A stretch of DNA of 64,000 nt from an uncultured Armatimonadia bacterium (GTDB lineage Bacteria; Armatimonadota; Zipacnadia; CAVVLO01): contig CAVVLO010000003.1 in assembly GCA_963749155.1 (NCBI GenBank), forward strand, positions 384,001 through 448,000, in the 5' to 3' direction. The position numbers and the translations under genes were made by a program. Every line of letters starts with the position of its first letter. The first letter of the stretch is position 1. Positions 55,374-64,000 of this stretch are shown piece after piece. The notes beneath the pieces are model-generated. The model ran no database searches. It was not told the DNA's origin and saw only the letters and a program-made list of their open reading frames with translations.

Positions 55374-58053
55374 GTGAGCAAACGGCTCCTAATCCTGCTC
55401 GCGGCGTTGCTTGTTTGCGCCCTGGCTGTCGGCTGGCTGTGGCTTCGGCCCAGGCAAGAAGCCGCCGAGAGTGCCGATGGCCTTACCCGGCTCACTATCA
55501 CCAGCCGCTACAACACCCAGACGCGCCGAGCCGGAGAATATCCGGGCCTTCCTCAAAGAGCATCCCAAGGCGCGTTTTGGCCAGTGGGAAGGCATTATAA
55601 TGCCCGCCGAGGGGGCGCGCGCCACGCTCGCAATGGCGATGGCCGCCAACATCGGCCCGGACATCTTCGAGACCGACATCCGCCAGTCCGTCGAGCAGGG
55701 GCTGGCCTATCCGCTGACCGAATGGATAGGCGAAGATGGCGTCCTCAAAGACGGCAAGCCGAAGCTGAAGCCCGACGGCAAGCCCGACCTCAATGGCCGG
55801 ATAGACGCCGACGAGGCCAAATGGGACGGCTGGATGAAGATAAGTCCCCTCTTCCGCCAGGTCGTCACGGTGGATGGCAAGCCCTATTCGCTGCCCAACC
55901 GGGGCGGCACCTATGTCGGCATCCTCTACAGCAAGTCTTATCTGCGCAAACACGGCCTCGACCCGATGGACTACCCCAAGACCTATGAGGAGTTTATCCG
56001 CTGGTGCAGGTTGCTCTACGACCGGGGCAAAGAGGTGCCGGGCGTTGAACTTGCGCCCTTTAGCTGGTCTTTCGCACCGTGGGTGGCCACTACTGGAAGC
56101 AGCATCGTCGTCCAGGAGCGCACAAGCCCTGCGACAGGCAAGACCTATACTTTCAACGAGCAGGAAGAGAAACTCGTTGCCCCCGACACGGGCGAAGACC
56201 TCTCGGGCGCGCCTGTGAGATGGCGCTGCAATGTCGCCCAGGAGGGCCCGGCAGCCGCGGTGGCCTTCTATCACAGGCTGCGCTGGGCGCCCTGGATATG
56301 GGACAAGTCCACCGGACAACCGCTCGAGCTGACTGCCGAGGACGTAGCCAACGGTTATGTGATGGCCGAAGGGCGCAAGGTGGCCTTCCAGAAAGATGAG
56401 GTCATCGAGGGCTGCATCAGCGTCACCACACGCGACCTGTTCGAGACGCTGCTGCGCCTGGGGCGCGATTTGGCGATGTATCCCCTCTGGTCGGGTGATA
56501 TGACCGAGTTCGAACAGCTTGGCCTGCCGCCTGAAGATATGGGGATGATGCCCTTCCCCGCGCTGGATGAGCGCCACAGGCCAGTGCTGCAGGCTTCCAA
56601 CGCCTTCTTTATGATAGGCAAGGACGTAGCCAAACGCGGTGGCGAGACCGAAGCAGAGCGCAAAGCCTATCGCGATATGGTCTTCGACCTGATGACGCGC
56701 GTCTGCAGCGAGGAAGGCACCAACGAGAAGATCCGCCGCCAGGTGGCCGCTGGACAGGCGAAGTTCCTCAATCCGCGCGATCTGAGGCGCCTGGGACTGG
56801 ACGATTATCTGCGCGAGATACCTCCCGAGAATATGGAGGTCTGGCGTCAGATAGACTCCAGCGAGGTGCTGCTGGTAGTCGAGCCCTTTATGGGCAAGTG
56901 GCTGCAGTTCCGCGACTTCTACCAGCGCGAAGTCATCGACCGGGTGCTTCGACCAAGCGGCAAAGATTTCGACTATATGGCGTCTTTGAAGCAGCTCGAA
57001 TACGATGCCAACACCGGCCTGATGTTCGAGCGACCGCCTTCGGAGCTCGACAAATATCGCCCGACCGCGCGCCTGATCGCCGGACTTTTACTTGCGCTTT
57101 TCGCCACCTTCATCGTCCTCATCATCCGGGACCAGCGAGTGAAGAAAACAAGCCTCGCGGGTGTATACAAGGGCTGGCTGCCCTGGCTTATCCTCTCGCC
57201 GGCCCTCCTGCTGATTACCATATGGGGTTATTACCCGCTGGCGCGCGGTCTGGTGATGGCCTTCCAGAACTACAGGATAGTAGGCGACTCGCCCTTCATG
57301 GGGCTTAACAACTTCATCGCCATCGCGCTTGACCCGAACTTCTACCACTATATCTGGACGACTTTCCGGTTCGTGCTCTGGAACCTGGGTCTGGCCTTCT
57401 TCACGCCCATCATCCTGGCTTTCCTGCTTGCCGAGGTGCCGCGCCTGAAAGTCTTCTACCGGGTGCTGTTCTTCCTGCCGCAGATGACCAGCGGGCTGGT
57501 CGTAACGCTGATGTGGAAGGATATGTTCGCCGGCAGCGCAAATGGCACGCTCAATATCGTGTTCAGCCAGCTCTTTGGGCGCTTTGGATTCAAACCGATT
57601 GACTGGCTGGGCAATCCGGAATTCGTGATGGCCTGCGTCATCATCCCAGGCGTCTGGGCGGCGGCGGGAATCAGCAGCCTCATCTACCTGGCGGCGCTCA
57701 AATCGGTGCCGGATGAACTCTACGAGGCGGCCCATATGGACGGCGCAAGCATTATGCGCCGGGTCTGGCATATCACCAGGCCAACGATTATGCCCCTGGT
57801 GCTCATAAACTTCGTGGGGGCCTTCATCGCCACGTTCCAGTCGATGGGCAATATCTTCCTCTTAACCTTCGGAGGCCCTGGCAAAGAGACAATGGTAATG
57901 GGGATGGCCATCTGGCAGGAGGCCTATGTCAACCTGCGCTTCCATCTGGCGACCTCTTATGCCTGGATACTCGGCAGCCTGCTAATCGGCTTCACGTACC
58001 TGCAACTGCGCATCCTGCGGCGGGTAGATTTCCGCCAGGCAAGGGGCGATTAG
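55374..58053 (+). CDS. Sugar ABC substrate-binding protein fused to permease (frameshift near 55520)
   Basis: N-terminal TM anchor, SBP_bac_1-like region (GPDIF, DGKPYSLP, PKTYEEF), then TM helices and EAA motif DELYEAAHMDGAS in one reading frame. Confidence 0.85.
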
Positions 58054-58054
58054 G

Positions 58055-60001
58055 ATGCCAGTGCTCAGCTACACCGACACCAGGCGCGCGAAGGGCAGGC
58101 TTTTCGTCCTGCTTATCTACACGCTGCTGACGCTTGGCGGAGTCACGATGGTCTGGCCCTTCCTGGTTATGGTCACCGGTTCGGCCAGCAACAGCTTCGA
58201 CTACAACCGGCGGTCAGCTTTGCCTCGCTTCCTTTGGAGCAGGCCCGACCGGCTGATGCGCGTGCTTTGCGCCCATTTTCCACCCTTTCATCGCAACAGC
58301 CTCGCGCAGATGAGGGCTTACTTCCCCACGATGCCCGAGGACTGGACGGTCTGGGCGCAGCTAGGTGATGAGAAAGCCGCCACTGACGAGTGGGCGACAG
58401 CCCAACTGGCTGACCTGGCGGATACGACCAAACACGCCCAGATGGTGACAGCCGCCCGCGATTATGCCGATTTCACGCGCGAGATGAACCTGCGCGAGAC
58501 AGTGCTGGCTTATGACCCGAAGTTCGTGCCGGAGTTCCTCAGGCGGCGCTACGGGGACCTCGAGGCCTTCAACAAGTCCTGGGAGGTCTCCGCCGACGAT
58601 TTCGTCAAAGCGACCGATGAGGAATGGCGCGGTGAGCCGATTGACCAGCAAGGGTATGTGCCCGAAGAGGATAATCGCTACCTCGACCTGCTGACTTTCA
58701 GGCAGGAATGGCTCGATCACCATTACACAGGCTATCTGAAAGGGGACTCCCAGGCCGCAAGTTATCTGCGTCCGGCCAGCCTGCGCTATGTCTGGGAGAG
58801 CAAGTTCAAAGAGTTGGCCGGTGACTGGGCCGCCAAAGCGCCAAATCCCCTGCCCTTCCCCGTGCCGGCGGATGCGCCAAGGCCGTTCAGAGAAGCCTGG
58901 CTGAAGTTTCTGCAGGGGTATTTCCCCCTGCGGCACGTGGAGATTACTGTGACGCCGGAGCGCCAAAAGGCTTTCTCGGCCTTCCTCGAAAAGCGCTTCC
59001 GCACAGTGGAATATATGCGTCGGGTGCTGCAAGAAGAACTGCCAACCTGGACCAGTTTCCCTCTGACCGCTACGGTGCCTGAAGAAGAACGCGCAAAGGT
59101 CTGGATGGACTTCGTTCGGACCGCAAATCGAGCCCGAACAGTGGGTTATCCGCGACACGCTGCCGGATCTGGCCTTCCAGCGGTTCGCGCTGGCCCGGCA
59201 CGGCGATCTCTGACGGGACTTAAGGCAGCCTATGGCGAAGAGCTTCAGTGGCCCGAACAACTGCGCATCCCCTTCCGGCAGGCGGTGCTGGTGACCTTCG
59301 ACGGCTCACGAGTGGCAGGCCACTTTCGATGTCGTCGCGAGCAACTATGCGGCGGTCGTCGAGTATCTCTTCCGCCGAGGCAGAGCGGTCAGGCAACACC
59401 CTTATCCTGGTTGTGCTGACCTTGCTGGTCACGCTGACGGTAAACCCGCTGGCAGGTTATGCCCTCTCGCGCTTCCGGTTCCGCGGCAGCGAGCAGGTCA
59501 TACTCTTCTGCCTCGTGACGATGGCCTTCCCCGCGGCGGTAGCGGCCATTCCGGGCTTCTTGCTGCTGCGCGATTTGGGGATGCTCAACACCTTCGCGGC
59601 GCTGGTGCTGCCTGGCGCGGCCAATGGGATGAGTATCTTCCTCTTGAAGGGCTTCTTTGATTCGCTGCCGAGGGAGCTCTACGAGGCTGCGGCGCTGGAT
59701 GGAGCGCCCGAATGGCGCGTCTTCCTCGAGATAAGCGTGCCCCTCGTGAAGCCAATCCTGGCGGTCAGCGCGCTCAACGCCTTTCATAATGGCCTATAAT
59801 GGCTGGGAATGGGCCATCATCGTCTGTCAGTCGCCGAAGATGTGGACCGTCTCGGTGTGGACCTATCAGTTCTTCCAGATGATGGGCAGCCAGCCGGCGA
59901 CAATGGCCGCCTTCATCGTCAACTCCATCCCCGTGCTCATCGTCTTCCTCGCCGCCCAGAAGGTAATCCTGCGCGGTATCGTCCTGCCGGAGATGAAATG
60001 A
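58055..60001 (+). CDS. Carbohydrate ABC permease (MalG-type) with large periplasmic insert (several frameshifts)
   Basis: IYTLLTLGGVTMVWPFLVM, NTLIL, AGYALSRF, RELYEAAALDGA, YN.W.W, RGIVLP. Confidence 0.8.
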
Positions 60002-60597
60002 GCAGGGGTAGTACCCCTGCACCCCGGACTCGCTTGCGTCACACTCAAGCTGGCCTTTGTCTTTTGTAGGGGCGGGTCTGGACCTGCCCAGCTTTTCATA
60101 CCCTTGAGATTGAAAGGCGAGGGATAATATCACCTGCACCCCGGACTCGCTTCGCGTCACACTCAAGCTGGCCTTTGTCTTTTGTAGGGGCGGGTCTGAG
60201 ACCCGCCCAGCTTTTCATACCCTTGAAGATTGCAAGGCGCAGGGGATAATATCCCTGCACCCCGGACTCGCTTCGCGTCACACTCGAGCAGGTCTTTGTC
60301 TTTTGTAGGGGCGGGTCTGAGACCCGCCCAGCTTTTCATACCCTTGAAGATTGAAAGGCGCAGGGGATAATATCCCCTGCACCCCGGACTCGCTTCGCGC
60401 CGCTCTCAAGCAAGTCTTTGTCTTATGTAGGGGCGGGTCTGAGACCCGCCCAGCCTTTATGGCCCAATAGGGTTTCAGGAGCAAGCTCCCGAAACACGCT
60501 GCCGAGGGATTGTTGCCTCCCCAGACTGGGCCTACGGCGCGGAGCGAGTCCGGGGGGTACAGGGGGAACATCCCCCTGTGCCTTTCCTGCCTTTACC
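60002..60597 (+). repeat. REP mosaic array (four units of about 120 bp plus terminal modules)
   Basis: GTAG-REP at 60066, 60184, 60305 and 60427, alternating with GCAGGGG..CCCCTGC hairpins. Confidence 0.88.
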
Positions 60598-62191
60598 TTT
60601 CCAACACGATGTCGCAGGGGAAGTGCCGGTCGCTGATGGTGCGCTGGAAGAGCCAGTCCAGCCATTTGAGATCGGCAGTGAAGACTTCCTTCGCCGAGAT
60701 GACGATGCGTTTGCCTGGCACGAAGCCCAAATCTGGGTCGCGTTCATAAGCGCGCGCTGTCTCCGCGAATACTTTCCCCCAGGCCTTCACCCGGTTGGCC
60801 TCAGAAGCTGGCAGTTCGCCCGCGTAGAGCCAGTTGGAGAGCGGATTGAGGCCGTTCACATCCTGCTTCACCGCGATTGCAGCGGTCACCAGCCCGCCGG
60901 TAGCCGACAGGCCTTCATGGGTTGGGATATCTCGCAGCGGCCAGTTGATCCAGCCCACAGCGCAGTCTTTGGTGGCTTCGAGGCACGCAAGCGCCCAGCG
61001 CGCCTGATCGGCTTCGGTGTTGTTCTGCCAGTCGCCGGTTCCCCCATGCCAGCCTGTCTCGGAGTGAACCACAGGCTTGCCGGTAGCGGCGCGCACATAG
61101 CGGCAGAAGGTCTCCAGATAGCGAAGCTCCCGGTTGAAGATAGCCTCGTCTCTGGTGAGGTTCTCGTACCACTCGGTCGTGTTGGGCGGGATGTATTGGG
61201 GATAGGTATGCGCGCCGAAGAAGTCCACGAATTTCGCCAGCTCGGTCAGGTTGATGGCTGAATAGCCGTAGGGTCCGCCGTAGCCTGCGGCGCCAGGGTT
61301 GCGCACCAGGGGGAAAGCCCACAGCACCAGGTCGAGGGAGAGCAGATGGTTGCTGTCCTCGCCTCTCAGCGCCTGTGCCACTTGCTTCAGCTTGTGGGTG
61401 TAGAGCCACTCGCGGAAAAGCTGCCAGTCATAGAGCGACTGATCGTCTTTCTTGTTCTCGCTGTCCAGGTACCACAGACTCGGGTTGGCGCCCCGGATTG
61501 GGTCGAAGGCGCCGCTATGCTGCAGAGCGCGCGTCCACTTGTCCCAAACCCCATCGCGCCAGCCAGGCTTCGCCTCGAGGCCCCAGGCCTTCGCGTTGGC
61601 TTCTTCGGAAGGATATTTCTGCGCGAGCCATTCGAGCCATAGCTCCTTGTCGCCAGGATAGCCGACAAGGGTCACCGCCTCTGAATCCAGCTCCCAGCAG
61701 AAGAGGGCCGGCTCATGCTTGAAAAGGCGCCCGAGCTTCGTGAAAAGGGCAACGTAATGGGCCAGATGGGCGCTATCCTGGACAAACTCCCCTCTGATGC
61801 GGGGTTCTACATAAAGCCGAAGGTTATGCTCGCGCGCCGTTTTGAAGAGGAAACGCCACTTCTTCTCATCCTCTTTCGTCCCAATAACGACGCCCTTTGG
61901 CCCCTCTTCGACAGTGCCATAGAAGCAAAGACGCAAAGCGTTGCAGCCAAGCCTCTCGGCCAGGGCGAAATCCCCTTCCACCTGCTGCTCGTTAAAGTGG
62001 CTCCAGTAGTCCATCGCGTCGATCTCGCGGTGCCGTTCGTTGAAATACACAGCCCCGAAGGGGATATATCTTTCTCCAAACGCCGTCTGGAAAGTGAATC
62101 TGTCAGGCGCGACACGAATATAGTCGCCTTCCCGGATTGGCGGCGCGGCCAGCCCGGCGCTGGCGATTAGTAGCAACAGGAATAACTCCAA
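60593..62191 (-). CDS. Secreted clan GH-A glycoside hydrolase (GH5/GH2-like)
   Basis: Signal-like start, YIPFGAVY, LGCNALR, WELDSE, DFFGAHTYP, KPVVHSETG, GWINW. Confidence 0.7.
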   Translation of the reverse strand: MELFLLLLIASAGLAAPPIREGDYIRVAPDRFTFQTAFGERYIPFGAVYFNERHREIDAMDYWSHFNEQQVEGDFALAERLGCNALRLCFYGTVEEGPKGVVIGTKEDEKKWRFLFKTAREHNLRLYVEPRIRGEFVQDSAHLAHYVALFTKLGRLFKHEPALFCWELDSEAVTLVGYPGDKELWLEWLAQKYPSEEANAKAWGLEAKPGWRDGVWDKWTRALQHSGAFDPIRGANPSLWYLDSENKKDDQSLYDWQLFREWLYTHKLKQVAQALRGEDSNHLLSLDLVLWAFPLVRNPGAAGYGGPYGYSAINLTELAKFVDFFGAHTYPQYIPPNTTEWYENLTRDEAIFNRELRYLETFCRYVRAATGKPVVHSETGWHGGTGDWQNNTEADQARWALACLEATKDCAVGWINWPLRDIPTHEGLSATGGLVTAAIAVKQDVNGLNPLSNWLYAGELPASEANRVKAWGKVFAETARAYERDPDLGFVPGKRIVISAKEVFTADLKWLDWLFQRTISDRHFPCDIVLER

Positions 62192-62280
62192 GCGCTTTCA
62201 TCGATACCTCCAGAAGAAGGCGTAGCCTTAGCTGCCTCTCTCCTATAGACTTCACAGGAAGTCAGAGGTCGCATCCTCAG

Positions 62281-62305
62281 AGGAAGCCTCGCGCCAGCGC
62301 CGAAT
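62281..62305 (+). promoter_or_regulatory. AGGA-N17-GAAT promoter
   Basis: Upstream of 62337. Confidence 0.6.
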
Positions 62306-62336
62306 CCTGCTTGCAGTCTGATTACAGGAGTCGCCA

Positions 62337-63444
62337 ATGGAACTTGCCTTCAAGCCCGACTGGGAAGAGACCAAACAGCGTTATCTCGCCTGGTGGAAAG
62401 GCGAATTGCTGGATCGTTGCTGCGTCGCCGTCACTGCGCCCAAGGCCAACCCGCCCGCCGGCGACCCGCCCCCCTACACAGGCGAGAGGGGCAAACACTG
62501 GTTCGATTTCGAGTGGTGGGCGGCCTGGCAGGACTGGGCGATGGCACGCACCTTCTACGGTGGAGAGGCACTGCCCAACTGGCACGCCGGTTATCCAGGC
62601 TGGGCGGGAATCCCGACTTTCCTCGGTTGCCATACCGAACTCGATGAGGTCACCGGCTGGTCCGACCCGATCCTCAACGGCGGCACGCTAGAGGACCACG
62701 ACTACCGCGACCTGGTCATCACCGAGGATGCCCCCAACTGGCAGCTCTCGCATGAGATGATCCGCTTCGGTGCAGAGGCTTCACGCGGCAAGTGCGTTGA
62801 TGACCGTCGGCGCCTTCGGAGGGTGCGGCGACACGCTGGCGGCCCTGCGCGGCTCGCTGCCCCTGCTGCACGACTTGATGGACTGCCCCGATTATGTGCG
62901 CGAGTTCGAGCTCTACCTGATGCGCCAGTGGATTGACGTCTACGAGGGCTTCTACCAGCAAATCCGCGAGGTGGACGAGGGCTCTACCTGCTGGTTCAAC
63001 CTGTGGAGCCCGGGCAAGTTCTACGCGACGCAGAACGACTTCTCGTATATGATCTCGCCGAAAAGCTTCGAAGAGGTGTTCATACCCGCGCTGGAGCTGC
63101 AACTGGACTATCTCGACCACGCTGTCTACCACGTGGATGGCATCTGCGCCTTCGTCCACGTGCCCGCGCTGACCAAACTGGAACGGCTCCAGGCCATCCA
63201 GATACTGCCCGGTGCAGGCAAACCGAGTCCGCTGTACTATCTGGACGCCTGCAAGGCGGTGCAGGCGGGCGGCAAGAACCTGCATATCGGCCTCCCAATC
63301 GGCGAAGTCGAAGAAGCCCTGCGCCTCCTGAAGCCCGAAGGCCTGTTCATCGACACCTACGCCTCAACCGAGGAAGAAGCCCGCAGCCTGCTGAAGCAGG
63401 TGGAGAAGTGGACCTGCGAACGCCCCTGGGAGGCCCACAAGTGA
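62337..63444 (+). CDS. UroD/MtaA-superfamily protein with HxDG variant (frameshift near 62800)
   Basis: DTLAALRG, QNDFSYMISPKSFEEV, YHVDG, IQILPGAG. Confidence 0.75.
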
Positions 63445-64000
63445 CGCCGAGAGAAGTCGTGCTGCGCGCTATCGAGTTCCGCGACCCGCCGAGAGTGCCG
63501 GTGAGCTACTGCAATCGCGATCTGGAGTGCTCCGACGTGCTGGCCTTCGGCGCCGGCTGCGCCCGAGGCTGGCAGCCCAGCGTGCCCGGTGAGTCGGAAT
63601 GGGGTTTCGTCTGGCACAGCCTCGACGAGACGATGGGTCAGCCCGACCGCGGGCCCATCCATTCTGAAGCCGCCCTCGACTCCTATGTCCCGCCCGACCC
63701 GTGGGCGCCCGGCCGTTTCGAGCATCTCCCAGCCCTCATCGAGCAGCACCGGGACAAGTTTTTGCGCTTCTCGGTGGGCATCTCGGGCTTCAACCAGGCC
63801 ACTTTTTTGCGCGGTTTTGAGGACTTTTTGGTGGATTTATACGCCAACCGGCCCTTTGCAGAACGCGTCCTCGACCTCGTTTTCGACTTCGAGAACGCCC
63901 TCATCGAGCAGGCCTGCCAGTATGACTTCGATTGCATCTGTTTTGGCGACGACTGGGGCACCCAGCGCGGCCTCATCATCCAGCCGGACCTCTGGCGAGA
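63441..64000 (+). CDS. Uroporphyrinogen decarboxylase/MtaA family protein, 3'-truncated by window edge
   Basis: GTG 63441 overlapping the upstream stop; MTPREVVLRAIEFRDPPRVP, EWGFVW, LRGFEDFL, FGDDWGTQRGLII.P (absent from the ORF track because it runs off the end). Confidence 0.85.
   Translation, partial: MTPREVVLRAIEFRDPPRVPVSYCNRDLECSDVLAFGAGCARGWQPSVPGESEWGFVWHSLDETMGQPDRGPIHSEAALDSYVPPDPWAPGRFEHLPALIEQHRDKFLRFSVGISGFNQATFLRGFEDFLVDLYANRPFAERVLDLVFDFENALIEQACQYDFDCICFGDDWGTQRGLIIQPDLWR

Noticed and set aside
54870..55377. Small ORFs with repeated peptides in the REP arrays (also 60096-60749)
   Set aside because: Translations of the tandem repeat units; no RBS or protein features
60002..60597. 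CRISPR array
   Set aside because: Sequence between the palindromes is itself repeated rather than unique, units are about 120 bp, and there are no cas genes; the same holds for 54935-55268
62251..62278. Additional AGGA...GAAG promoter on the minus strand for the GH5-like gene
   Set aside because: Spacer is 20 nt, not 17; a similar near-match at 32858-32880 has a 15-nt spacer, so neither is counted

Overview
GC-rich bacterial genomic window devoted mostly to carbohydrate uptake and degradation. Four '[33 protein letters not shown]' prepilin/DUF1559 genes suggest an Armatimonadota-like organism (inference). Many genes are split by single-base indels, most likely long-read assembly errors. Contents: a sugar ABC transporter end, about ten predicted glycoside hydrolases or glycan-active proteins, a sulfatase, five UroD/MtaA-family paralogues, tldD-pmbA, an ABC-F protein, a PocR histidine kinase, a cyclophilin and a CoA-disulfide reductase-rhodanese. 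Notable structure read from the sequence: (1) a tandem array of four diversified pilin-like proteins with their own terminators and hairpins at the translation start; (2) an AGG[A/G/T]-N17-GAA promoter-like motif upstream of 11 transcription units; (3) GTAG-type REP mosaic arrays in inverted orientation around an ABC cassette whose binding protein is fused to its permease; (4) two circularly permuted domains in secreted proteins. I recognised no rRNA, tRNA, CRISPR array or transposase. All family assignments are motif-based and were made without database searches.
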